From positions 2,272,001-2,336,000 of the forward strand of contig CBDASK010000003.1 of assembly GCA_965199495.1 (NCBI GenBank): a stretch of 64,000 bases of DNA, read 5' to 3'. Below, in pieces: positions 38,442 through 47,708 of this stretch. Numbering within the stretch: the stretch's first letter is position 1; each line of letters opens with the position of its first letter. The notes beneath the pieces are model-generated. The model was not told the DNA's origin. It saw only the letters and a list, made by a program, of their open reading frames with translations, and made no database searches. The translations under genes and the position numbers were made by a program. This DNA comes from Abditibacterium sp. (GTDB taxonomy: Bacteria > Armatimonadota > Abditibacteriia > Abditibacteriales > Abditibacteriaceae).

Positions 38442-39884
38442 ATGGCTTTCCCCTCGGATTCCAATGCCAAACTCGCCCATCTGTTGCGGCGCGCCGGGTT
38501 TGGCGCGAGTCCGGCGCAGTGGGCGAATTATCAAAAAATGGGTTTGCAAAACTCCACGCAAATTTTGCTGAATCCCGAAAAAACGCCCGACCATTTGGAC
38601 GCGCTTTTAGAGGAAATCGGCGGCGATTACGTGGATGCCAACGACGTGAATAGCGTGCGCCAATGGTGGATTTATCGCATGGTTCACACACAGCGTCCGC
38701 TCGAAGAGAAGATGACGCTGTTCTGGCATAACCACTTCGCGACGGCGATTTATAAGGTGGATAACGCGAACTGGATGTGGGCGCAAAACCAAACCTTTCG
38801 GCGCTATGGCATGAGCAGTTTTCGCACATTGTTACAACAAGTCGCGCGCGATCCGGCGATGTTGGTCTGGCTCGATGGCCGCGATAATCACGTCGGCAAA
38901 CCCAACGAAAATTTCGCGCGCGAGGTCATGGAATTGTTCACGCTCGGCGTGGGCGGCGGCTACACCGAAAAGGACGTGCAAGAAGCCGCGCGCAGTTTTA
39001 CCGGTTGGCAGGGCGGCGATGGGCCGGGCGGTTTCATCTACAATCCCGGCGCGCACGACGATGGCGAAAAAACCGTGTTGGGCCAAACCGGGAACTGGCA
39101 CGCCGATGATGTCTGCGATATTTTGGCGCGTCACCCCTCAACGGCGCGTTTTTTGACGACTAAACTCTTTCGTTTTTTCGTCGGCACCGAACCTTCTCCA
39201 TCCGACATCGCTAAATTATCGAAGGTTTATCTGGATAACCAATCCGATATTCGCGCCGTCTTGGAAGCGATATTGACTTCGGATATTTTTTACTCGGACG
39301 CGGCAAGGTTTGCCAAAATCAAAAGCCCGACCGAGTTTTGCGTGATGACGATTCGCGCCTACGACGCGCCCCTATCCGCCGCGCGCGATTTGAACCGCGC
39401 TCTGGCGAATATGGGCCAAGACTTGTTCAATCCGCCCAACGTCAAAGGCTGGAGCGAGGGCCGCGATTGGATCAATACGCGCACGCTATTAGCGCGCGTC
39501 AATTTCGCTTCGGGTTTGACGGACGAAATGAAAAATCGCGTTTCGCTCGAAAGCCGTCTGCGCGCGATGGCCTCCGATAATAACGCGCCGAAAATTCCAA
39601 CTTTAGGCGGCGAGAACAATTCGATGGCGATGATGGGCGCGCCCGCCATGAACGCCATGAACGCCATGAATGCAGCCACGGCGCCCGCAAGCGGCGCTTT
39701 GACCGCCGAATTCGCCGTTGATACGCTGTGGCAAGGCTTGATGCGCGGCATGCCATTAGCGTCGGCGCGCCGCGCCGAATTGGTGGCGTTTTGCAAAAAA
39801 GACGACGGCAAAGACGACACCGCCAACCGCTTGCCGGGCTTGTTCAATTTAGTCGTCTCGGCGCCGGAGTATCAGTTGTGCTGA
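38442..39884 (+). CDS. DUF1800 family protein
   Basis: HLLRRAGFG, EKMTLFWHNHFAT, NENFAREVMELFTLG, PPNVKGW. Confidence 0.88.
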   Translation: MAFPSDSNAKLAHLLRRAGFGASPAQWANYQKMGLQNSTQILLNPEKTPDHLDALLEEIGGDYVDANDVNSVRQWWIYRMVHTQRPLEEKMTLFWHNHFATAIYKVDNANWMWAQNQTFRRYGMSSFRTLLQQVARDPAMLVWLDGRDNHVGKPNENFAREVMELFTLGVGGGYTEKDVQEAARSFTGWQGGDGPGGFIYNPGAHDDGEKTVLGQTGNWHADDVCDILARHPSTARFLTTKLFRFFVGTEPSPSDIAKLSKVYLDNQSDIRAVLEAILTSDIFYSDAARFAKIKSPTEFCVMTIRAYDAPLSAARDLNRALANMGQDLFNPPNVKGWSEGRDWINTRTLLARVNFASGLTDEMKNRVSLESRLRAMASDNNAPKIPTLGGENNSMAMMGAPAMNAMNAMNAATAPASGALTAEFAVDTLWQGLMRGMPLASARRAELVAFCKKDDGKDDTANRLPGLFNLVVSAPEYQLC

Positions 39885-39913
39885 GCGTTTTTCCTCAAAT
39901 CCATCCGAAAATT

Positions 39914-41188
39914 ATGTCTCACACTCGACGCGAATTCATCTCTAACGGCCTTGGTTTTGTGGCGCTCGGTTTTACCGTGCCCACCATGCTGATGCAAGCC
40001 TCGCAAGCGATTGCCGCCGAAAAAACGGTCGGAGCGCGTGCGGGCCAACGCGGCAAAATTTTGGTAGTCATCGAAATGTCTGGCGGCAACGATGGCCTCA
40101 ATACCGTCGCGCCGATTAACGATCCGCTCTATGCCAAACTGCGCCCGACCATCGGCATGAAAGCCGGTGACGCGGTGAAAATTGATAAAGGTCTGGCGCT
40201 GCATCCGAGCATGGGCGCGCTGGGCAAATTGTATGAAAAAGGCCAACTCGCCGTCGTGACGGGCGTGGGTTATCCCAATCCGAATCGCTCGCATTTTCAG
40301 AGCATGGACATCTGGCAGAGTGGCGACCCAACTTTGGATGCGCGCGAGCGCAGCGGTTGGTTGGCGCGCTACTTCGACGAAGACGGCCATTTTCAGGGCG
40401 ATCCACTCGCCGGAATTTCGCTGGGCGATTCGTTGCCGCTCGCGTTGTGGAGCAAAACCAGCGCGGCTTCGGTCGTCGGTGGTAACGCGAATGAGTTCGG
40501 TTTCGCCGCGCGCGGCAATGCGCGCGAACAACAGTTGGCGACGCTCAAAACTTTATACGATCAAAGCGGCATGGAAAACGGGACGGTCGCGGCGGGCGCG
40601 TCCGATTTCATTCGCAACGTCGGCGCCGGCATTTACGGCAGTAGCGACGCCATTAAAATCGCGCTCAAAAACTACGACGATAAAGCCGCCAAAACCGCTA
40701 ATTATCCGCGCGATAACAGTCTGGCGAATGGCCTGAAAACCGTCGCCAAACTCATTACCGGCGATTTGGGCACGCGGGTTTACTATCTTTCGATGGGCGG
40801 ATTCGACACGCACGCCAACCAGCCGGGTAGCCACGCCTACCTGCTCGGCCAGTTGGCCGACGCCGTGGCTGCATTCAACGCCGACCTCGAATTGCAGGGA
40901 CGCGGCGAAGATGTCGTGGTGATGACATTCTCCGAATTCGGTCGGCGCGCGCAGGAAAATGGCAGCGCGGGCACCGATCACGGCGCCGCCAGCGTGATGT
41001 TTGCGACCGGAGCCTCAGTCAAAGGCGGCGTTTACGGCGATTATCCGAGTCTGGAAGATTTGGACGACGGCGACCTCAAACATCACACCGATTTTCGTAG
41101 CGTTTATTCGACCGTGCTGGGCAATTGGCTCCAAGTTTCGGCGCCGAAAGTTTTGGGCGGCGAGTTTCCGAGCTTGAAATTTGTTTGA
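39914..41188 (+). CDS. DUF1501 family protein, Tat signal
   Basis: TRREFI; GGNDGLNT, NRSHF, GGFDTH, SEFGRR..ENGSAGTDHG. Confidence 0.88.
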   Translation: MSHTRREFISNGLGFVALGFTVPTMLMQASQAIAAEKTVGARAGQRGKILVVIEMSGGNDGLNTVAPINDPLYAKLRPTIGMKAGDAVKIDKGLALHPSMGALGKLYEKGQLAVVTGVGYPNPNRSHFQSMDIWQSGDPTLDARERSGWLARYFDEDGHFQGDPLAGISLGDSLPLALWSKTSAASVVGGNANEFGFAARGNAREQQLATLKTLYDQSGMENGTVAAGASDFIRNVGAGIYGSSDAIKIALKNYDDKAAKTANYPRDNSLANGLKTVAKLITGDLGTRVYYLSMGGFDTHANQPGSHAYLLGQLADAVAAFNADLELQGRGEDVVVMTFSEFGRRAQENGSAGTDHGAASVMFATGASVKGGVYGDYPSLEDLDDGDLKHHTDFRSVYSTVLGNWLQVSAPKVLGGEFPSLKFV

Positions 41189-41195
41189 GCGTATT

Positions 41196-41651
41196 TTAAC
41201 CCATCATCATGCGGTCTGCGACGCGCCAACTGCCACCGTCTTTGGTCATCCGATAAATGTAGCCGTTGCCGCTGTAAACCAGCGGGTGAGATGGGGAAAA
41301 CCACGAGATGCGCCCCAGTTTGATTGTCTCCCCTTTTTCGCCGGTTTGGTTATCTGTGGCAGTGTCAGAATGAGACGAAGCGCGCGAAAAAGGGCGCACT
41401 GAAAAAGGCGCTCCAGCGAACTTTTGCAGAAACTTGGCGGACGGGTCTTTGCCCATAGTTCCGACAAAAAAGACGGTGAACTCCGGCGGATGAAGTGAAT
41501 TATTGGCGCCCGCGACATTGCGCACGACTGCTTCATAGAGCGGCTCGGTCTGCGAAGCGGCGTAAATTCGGAAGCCCAAAAAGCCAATAATTAGCGCGAC
41601 AAAAACGCTCAAACATCCGACTTTGAGCCATTGAGAAAAATTATTCATCAA
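41196..41651 (-). CDS. Hypothetical membrane-anchored protein
   Basis: 151-aa ORF with N-terminal TM filling the gap. Confidence 0.55.
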   Translation of the reverse strand: MMNNFSQWLKVGCLSVFVALIIGFLGFRIYAASQTEPLYEAVVRNVAGANNSLHPPEFTVFFVGTMGKDPSAKFLQKFAGAPFSVRPFSRASSHSDTATDNQTGEKGETIKLGRISWFSPSHPLVYSGNGYIYRMTKDGGSWRVADRMMMG

Positions 41652-41793
41652 GACAAATCACTTTATCCATTGAAGAGCAACAAGGCAAGCGGAAACGAAA
41701 AAGACGCATTAAAAGCCGGGACATGATAAACCTTTTCGGCGCGCTGTAAATAAAGCGGGAAATCGCCGAATTTCCCGCTTTTATCCTTTCCCC

Positions 41794-43305
41794 ATGCCTT
41801 TACTTTCCGAACTTTTGGTTTCGCTGCCGGGCGCTCGCATCGAGGGCGACGCCGATTTAAATATCAAAGCCGTCAACTACGATTCGCGCGAAGTCGAGTC
41901 GGGTTCGGCGTTTGTGTGCATTCGCGGCGTCGCCAACGATGGGCACGATTTCGCCCAATCCGCCGTCGAGCGCGGCGCCGTGGCTGTTGTCGCCGAGTCC
42001 GAATCCGCTGTCGCCGATTTGCCCGATCATATCACACGCGTTTTCGTCGAAGATACGCGTTTGGCGCTGGCTTTGATGGCCGACGAATTTTATGGTCATC
42101 CTTCGCGCGAGATGATGTTGGTCGGCATCACCGGCACCAACGGCAAAACGACCGTCGCGCATTTGGTCGCCGATCTGCTCCGCGAGGCCGGTTATAAATC
42201 GGTCGGTATTATCGGGACTTTGGGCGCGGCGACCGAAAAAACGTATTATGATACCGGCAGAACGACGCCGGAAAGTTTGGATTTGCAACGGTTGCTGGCC
42301 GACTTTTTGGACGGCGGAAGCGAGGCCGTGGTGATGGAAGTTTCGAGTCATGCGCTGGCGCAACAACGCGTGGCGGGTTGTGCTTTCGATGCGGGCATTT
42401 TCACCAATCTGACGCAAGACCATCTCGATTTTCACGGCGATATGGAAGAGTATTTCGCCGCCAAAACGCGCTTGTTTACCGATGTGGCGCGCGCTTCGGA
42501 AGCGCACAAAAGTTTCGGCGCCGTCTTTCCGACCGACGACCGTTATGGCGTGCGCTTGACGCAGTTGGATAGCGATACGCCGTTTATCACTTATGGCATT
42601 GAGGCCGACGCTCACGTCAAGGCGGCGGCGGTGATGCTGCGGCCAACTGGCACGAGTTTCGTGGCGCGCACGTCGAGCGGCGATATTCCGTTTGACGTTC
42701 GGTTGACGGGACGTTTCAACGTGCAGAATATGTTGGCGGCAATTGCGTTTGGCATTTTGAAAGAGATTCCAATCGAGAAAATCCAATCCGCGATGCAGCG
42801 CGCCAATGCGCCCGAAGGCCGCATGGAAGTCATTGACGAAGGCCAAGATTTTTATGTCGCAGTGGATTACGCGCATACACCCGACGGCCTGAAAAATGTG
42901 TTGGCGACGGTGAAAGAGTTCACCAAAGGCCGCGTGATTTGCGTGTTCGGTTGCGGCGGCGACCGCGACCGCACCAAGCGCCCGCAGATGGGAGCCATCG
43001 CGGCCAGTTTGGCCGATTTGGTTATTGTGACCAGCGACAACCCGCGCACCGAAGACCCCAATCGCATTTTAGACGATATTTTGGCGGGCACAAGCGGCGC
43101 CAGTGCGGGCGTCGAAAGCGAAGTGGATCGGCGCAAAGCCATCGAACGCGCTCTGGAATTGGCGCGCGCTGGCGATTTCTTGGTTGTCGCGGGCAAAGGT
43201 CACGAGACGTATCAAATTTTCAAAGATCGCACGATTCACTTCGACGACCGCGAAGTCGTGCGCGAATGGCTCGAAGGCGCGCACGAAAGCGGAGGCAAAG
43301 GTTAA
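41794..43305 (+). CDS. murE: UDP-MurNAc-dipeptide--DAP ligase
   Basis: GITGTNGKTT, MEVSSHAL, DYAHTPDG, DNPR (meso-DAP type). Confidence 0.95.
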   Translation: MPLLSELLVSLPGARIEGDADLNIKAVNYDSREVESGSAFVCIRGVANDGHDFAQSAVERGAVAVVAESESAVADLPDHITRVFVEDTRLALALMADEFYGHPSREMMLVGITGTNGKTTVAHLVADLLREAGYKSVGIIGTLGAATEKTYYDTGRTTPESLDLQRLLADFLDGGSEAVVMEVSSHALAQQRVAGCAFDAGIFTNLTQDHLDFHGDMEEYFAAKTRLFTDVARASEAHKSFGAVFPTDDRYGVRLTQLDSDTPFITYGIEADAHVKAAAVMLRPTGTSFVARTSSGDIPFDVRLTGRFNVQNMLAAIAFGILKEIPIEKIQSAMQRANAPEGRMEVIDEGQDFYVAVDYAHTPDGLKNVLATVKEFTKGRVICVFGCGGDRDRTKRPQMGAIAASLADLVIVTSDNPRTEDPNRILDDILAGTSGASAGVESEVDRRKAIERALELARAGDFLVVAGKGHETYQIFKDRTIHFDDREVVREWLEGAHESGGKG

Positions 43306-44708
43306 TGGCCGATGTCATGGCGCCAAATTTGGCCAAATTTGATTTACGCGAATTATGGTGGGTTTTCACTGGCGAGCGCGTAAGACCAACCTTCGATTGG
43401 ATTATGGAAGGCGTTGTCACGGATTCGCGTCAGGTTGAAAACGGCAATATATTTTTCGCGTTGCAAGGCGAGAAATTCGATGGACACAATTATTTGTCCC
43501 AAGTCGCTCGGATTCCAAAGGTGGCCGCAGTAGTTTCTCGGCCCGAATTATTAGAGGGCATTCATCAAATGCCTTATTTTCCAGTCGAAGATACGTTGAT
43601 CGCTTTGGGCCAACTCGCGCGTTACCATCGCCAGCGTTTCGATATTCCCGTCGTCGCTGTGACTGGAAGTTATGGCAAAACTTCAACGCGCGCTTTGATT
43701 CACGCCGCGCTGTCGGCGGGCGGCGAAACTCTGACCAGTCAAGCCAATTTCAACAACGAAATCGGTTTGCCGATGACATTATTTCAACTCGATAAAGGAC
43801 ATAAATTCGCCGTTTTAGAAATGGGAATGCGCGGTTTGGGACAAATTGATTATTTGACTAAAATCGCCGAACCGACAGTTGGCGTGATTACCAATATTGG
43901 GCCGCAGCACATCGAATTATTGGGCAGTTTGGAAAATATCGCGCGCGCCAAAGCCGAGTTGATCGAGAATTTGCCCGCCGATGGATTGGCAGTTTTGCCC
44001 GCCGATTCGCCGTTTTTGCCGATGCTGCGCGGCAAAGCGCCGTGCCGTTTCGTTACGTTTGGATTGGCGCGCGATGCGGATTATCGCGTGGAAAACGTGC
44101 GCACCGATGATCCGCATTTTCTCTACTTCGATTTGCATTACGACGGCAAAATTCAACGCCGTATCGCGTTGCCAATGATTGGCGCGCACAACGCCGTCAA
44201 CGCGGCGGCGGCTTTGGCAGTCGCTCACCAACTGGGAATTGAAATCGCCGATGCAGAGCGGTATCTCGAAAGCACCGAACTGCCCGGCGCGCGAATGCGC
44301 GTAATTAAAACCGAACAATTCACCATCATTGACGATTGTTACAACGCTGGCCCCGATTCGATGCGCGCGGCCTTGGAAACTCTGTGCGATTTTCCCGGCG
44401 ACGGGCGGCGCGTGGCTGTTTTGGGCGCGATGCGCGAGTTGGGCGAATTCTCGGATGACGAACATCGAAAACTGGGCGAATTGGCGGGCGAAATCTGCGA
44501 TTTCGTCGTCGGCGTCGGCGCGGAAACGCAGCCGATGATGGACGCGATTCGCGAGGGTAGCAAGTGTCAACTGTTCGGCTGGAGTGAGGGCGCCGATGCA
44601 GCCACGGCGAGGGTATCGGCGCAGTTGCAAGCGGGCGATATTGTTTTAGTTAAAGGTTCGCGCAGTATTGGTTTGGAAGTTGTGGTCGAGGAATTGAGGA
44701 AAATTTAA
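43305..44708 (+). CDS. murF: UDP-MurNAc-tripeptide--D-Ala-D-Ala ligase
   Basis: VTGSYGKTST, NFNNEIGLP, LEMGM, DDCYNAGP, LVKGSR. Confidence 0.93.
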   Translation: MADVMAPNLAKFDLRELWWVFTGERVRPTFDWIMEGVVTDSRQVENGNIFFALQGEKFDGHNYLSQVARIPKVAAVVSRPELLEGIHQMPYFPVEDTLIALGQLARYHRQRFDIPVVAVTGSYGKTSTRALIHAALSAGGETLTSQANFNNEIGLPMTLFQLDKGHKFAVLEMGMRGLGQIDYLTKIAEPTVGVITNIGPQHIELLGSLENIARAKAELIENLPADGLAVLPADSPFLPMLRGKAPCRFVTFGLARDADYRVENVRTDDPHFLYFDLHYDGKIQRRIALPMIGAHNAVNAAAALAVAHQLGIEIADAERYLESTELPGARMRVIKTEQFTIIDDCYNAGPDSMRAALETLCDFPGDGRRVAVLGAMRELGEFSDDEHRKLGELAGEICDFVVGVGAETQPMMDAIREGSKCQLFGWSEGADAATARVSAQLQAGDIVLVKGSRSIGLEVVVEELRKI

Positions 44709-44710
44709 CG

Positions 44711-45844
44711 ATGGAATTTTTATCTGCAATCTTTAATGTTATGTCCGCTCAACCCGTTAGTATTTTGATAGTATCGGCCCTTAGTTGTTTATTGATGCTT
44801 GCGATGGGGCGACCTCTCATTGGTTGGCTCAAGCACCGCAAAGGTATGAAATGGGCGCCGCGCGAAGATACACCTGACACACATTTGCAAAAAGCGGGCG
44901 TGCCTTCGATGGGTGGCATTGGTATTATCGCTTCGGCATTGCTTGCCTATGCGGCTGTGCTGCTCTTTACGATAAGCGGACAATCTTTCTTCTCTTCATT
45001 TTTCAATCCAACAACCAAAGTAAGTAGCCCACAGCCTGCAGCTGTAACTTTGATTCAACTGTCCATATTTCCCTGTATTGTTCTGCTTCATGCGGTGTTG
45101 GGTTATGTTGATGACCACTCCAAAGCGACAAACAAAGGCGGAATATCTTCAAAACAGAAGCTCGTCGGGCAAATATTTTTAGCCGCTCTCTTCCTCAGTT
45201 CACTCTATTTTATTCCGATTGGTTTTGGCGCAAAAGCGCTTTCTGTTTCTGTTGCGAGCGCAACTCTTGGTTCGTGGCCCTTGTTGATCGGCGCCTTGTT
45301 GATCATAATTGGCACTTCAAACGCCGTCAACTTGACGGATGGAATTGACGGATTAGCCGCCGGATTAAGCATTCAAGTCGCTTTTGTATTTGCGTGCATG
45401 ATTTTCGATTACCAACTGAGTGGCCCCGCATTCAATTCTGCTATTTTGTTCTGGCCCGCGCTCGGCGGCGCGTGCCTTGGTTTTCTCGCATTTAACAAAT
45501 ATCCCGCCAAAGTTTTCATGGGCGATACAGGAAGTCTCGCTCTGGGCGCCGCTCTGGGCGCGGGCGCGATACTCACGCGCACGGTTTGGCTATTACCGTT
45601 CGTCGGATTTATCTTTTATGTCGAGATGTTTTCGGTGATAGCTCAGGTGCTTTATTTCAAATATACGCGCCGCAAGTTTGGCGAAGGCAAACGATTATTT
45701 AAGCGCGCGCCGCTTCATCATCATTTCGAGTTGAGCGGTTGGAGCGAGTGGCGCGTCGTGGCGACGTTCTGGGGCGTCAATTTGGTGACGACGATCATCG
45801 GTTTGGTTTTGTGGAAGATGGGGATTTTGCCGCGTTTTCCGTGA
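44711..45844 (+). CDS. mraY: Phospho-MurNAc-pentapeptide transferase
   Basis: PSMGG, NAVNLTDGIDGLA, FMGDTGSLALG, APLHHHFE. Confidence 0.93.
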   Translation: MEFLSAIFNVMSAQPVSILIVSALSCLLMLAMGRPLIGWLKHRKGMKWAPREDTPDTHLQKAGVPSMGGIGIIASALLAYAAVLLFTISGQSFFSSFFNPTTKVSSPQPAAVTLIQLSIFPCIVLLHAVLGYVDDHSKATNKGGISSKQKLVGQIFLAALFLSSLYFIPIGFGAKALSVSVASATLGSWPLLIGALLIIIGTSNAVNLTDGIDGLAAGLSIQVAFVFACMIFDYQLSGPAFNSAILFWPALGGACLGFLAFNKYPAKVFMGDTGSLALGAALGAGAILTRTVWLLPFVGFIFYVEMFSVIAQVLYFKYTRRKFGEGKRLFKRAPLHHHFELSGWSEWRVVATFWGVNLVTTIIGLVLWKMGILPRFP

Positions 45845-45866
45845 AGCGCGTTGACAGCTTCGCACT

Positions 45867-46001
45867 TTTCCAGCGAATAAATTCGCGGCTGGAGAGCCTG
45901 CGGCTTCCAAGTCCGCCTACGCGGACTGTAGCTCAGTTGAAGTCCGCGTAGGCGGACTTGGAAGCCGCAGGCTCTCCAGCCGCGAATTTATTCGCTGGAA
46001 A
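45867..46001. repeat. Perfect 61-bp inverted repeat with REP-like sub-hairpins
   Basis: Arms 45867-45927 and 45941-46001; contain gcgaataaattcgc and agtccgcctacgcggact. Confidence 0.9.
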
Positions 46002-46020
46002 TCAAAGACAACTCAAACAA

Positions 46021-46056
46021 AAAAACAGCGCGCGACTTTCGTCGCGCGCTGTTTTT
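46021..46056. terminator. Bidirectional terminator
   Basis: aaaaacagcgcgcgac-tttc-gtcgcgcgctgttttt. Confidence 0.8.
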
Positions 46057-46283
46057 CAATACTCGTCCTCGAAACCGACATCGTCTTGCGGGTCGCGGTC
46101 AACCTTGCGGATGCCGAATTTTTTGTCGAGGCGAAACAGAAAGCCGCCGTTGTCGAAGCCGATGAAAATCGCGAACATGATGAGAACCACGATGCCAGCC
46201 CACGCCAAAAACAGCATCGCGGGCCAGTTCCAGGCGCCGGGTTCGCCAAATAGCCCGCTATAGGGGTCTTGATATCCAGCCAT
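46056..46283 (-). CDS. Small single-TM hypothetical protein
   Basis: 75 aa, one hydrophobic helix, ends at a terminator. Confidence 0.55.
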   Translation of the reverse strand: MAGYQDPYSGLFGEPGAWNWPAMLFLAWAGIVVLIMFAIFIGFDNGGFLFRLDKKFGIRKVDRDPQDDVGFEDEY

Positions 46284-46364
46284 AATTAAAAATCTCGCTC
46301 ATTCTATTTTAAAGCAAATGACGTGCGTTTGTCACCCCCAACTTTGGAAACGAAGCGTTGCCGA

Positions 46365-47516
46365 TTACTTCGTTTTGCTCGAAGTTTTGCTCAGACGATA
46401 CATTTTGCCGCCATCCACCGTAAACAAAAGCGAGCCATCGGCTTCTTCGGCGCAGTCAACGGGGCGCGCCAAAACGTTTTGTCCATCTAACGTCGAAACC
46501 ATCTTCATCGCGCCCATCGGTTTGCCGGTCTCCGAATCGAACATCACGCGATCAATGCAATAGCCCTGTTTGACGCTCGAATTCCACGAGCCATGACACG
46601 CGATAAACGCGTCGCCTTTGGCGCCGATCTTATCGGTCGTGGCGAAGGTGAAGCCGTTGGTCGCCCAGTGCGGCCCGACCGGCCACGCTGGCAGGATCGT
46701 TTTTGCGGCCAGTTCGAGAATATCGGGCCGATCCTTGTATTCCAAACGCGGCGTGCCATCGCTCACGATAAACGGATGCCCGTAAAACCCGCCTTCGACG
46801 TAATGATTGAATTCGTCGTCGGGCTTGCGATTGGTCACCGGCTGCGCCTCATTAGTTTCGCCCAGCGATTTGCCATACCAATCGCTGCCGTGATCGCAGC
46901 CATAAACTTCGGTTGTGCCAGGACGAAAACGCAGCTTTTCGGTATTGCGAATGCCCGAACTCCACAGCGTGCGCGTTTTGCCGTCCAGCGAATACTTCCA
47001 GATTTTCTGGCGGTCGGTCGCGGTCTCATCGCTGGCATTCTGGCTCTCGCCAATCGAGGTGTAAAACCCGTCGTTGCCCACCAAAATCGAGCGCCACCAA
47101 TGGCCGCCGCCCTGGGGCAAATCGTCCGTAACCTTGATTTCTTCGTCGGCCTTGCCATCGCCGTTGGTGTCGCGTCCCTTCCAAATCACGCCCGACTGGG
47201 TAAACCACAGCCAGCCGTCCTTGTAATCCATGCCGTGAACCGTCTTTTTACCCGACGTAAAATCGGCGAGTTTTTTGTAAGTGCCATCGCTCTGCTTTTT
47301 CAGCGTCGCGATGCTGCCCGTATTGGGCTGCGAAAGATAAAGCACGCCCGGCGCACCCGGTTCGATAAACCGCGTCTCGCCCAAATCTTGGCCAACAAGC
47401 GTCACGGAATAACCATCGCGCACGGTGAAATTGGGCACGCCCGGCCCGGTCACTCCGGCGGCGTGGCTGGTCGTTGCATAGAATAAAAGGCCGCTAAGGG
47501 CCACAAGTGATTTCAT
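46365..47516 (-). CDS. Secreted glucose/sorbosone dehydrogenase-like beta-propeller
   Basis: Signal peptide MKSLVALSG; GGHWWRSI, SGIRN, FYGHPF, HGSWNS, RPVD. Confidence 0.82.
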   Translation of the reverse strand: MKSLVALSGLLFYATTSHAAGVTGPGVPNFTVRDGYSVTLVGQDLGETRFIEPGAPGVLYLSQPNTGSIATLKKQSDGTYKKLADFTSGKKTVHGMDYKDGWLWFTQSGVIWKGRDTNGDGKADEEIKVTDDLPQGGGHWWRSILVGNDGFYTSIGESQNASDETATDRQKIWKYSLDGKTRTLWSSGIRNTEKLRFRPGTTEVYGCDHGSDWYGKSLGETNEAQPVTNRKPDDEFNHYVEGGFYGHPFIVSDGTPRLEYKDRPDILELAAKTILPAWPVGPHWATNGFTFATTDKIGAKGDAFIACHGSWNSSVKQGYCIDRVMFDSETGKPMGAMKMVSTLDGQNVLARPVDCAEEADGSLLFTVDGGKMYRLSKTSSKTK

Positions 47517-47708
47517 GGATAAATTAAGAGAGTTGAAGACGCGTTGCGGTTGCCCTTTATACAAATTATTCTGAGAAGTCCGGTTAATATCGCTTGCTTC
47601 TTTGTTCTTAAAAACCGCTTGAGCCAGAGCGTCCCTCTCTTCTTGCAATGGCTCATTTTTCGCGCGAGTAGCTCGTGGCGCTAATCTCCTATTGTAAAAT
47701 AAAACTGC

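Noticed and set aside
39644..39670. 9-bp tandem repeat (cgccatgaa x3) in the DUF1800 gene
   Set aside because: In-frame low-complexity linker (MNAMNAMNA); cannot cause phase variation.
45928..45940. tRNA-like fragment GTAGCTCAGTTG
   Set aside because: Only 12 nt, in a hairpin loop, with no cloverleaf.
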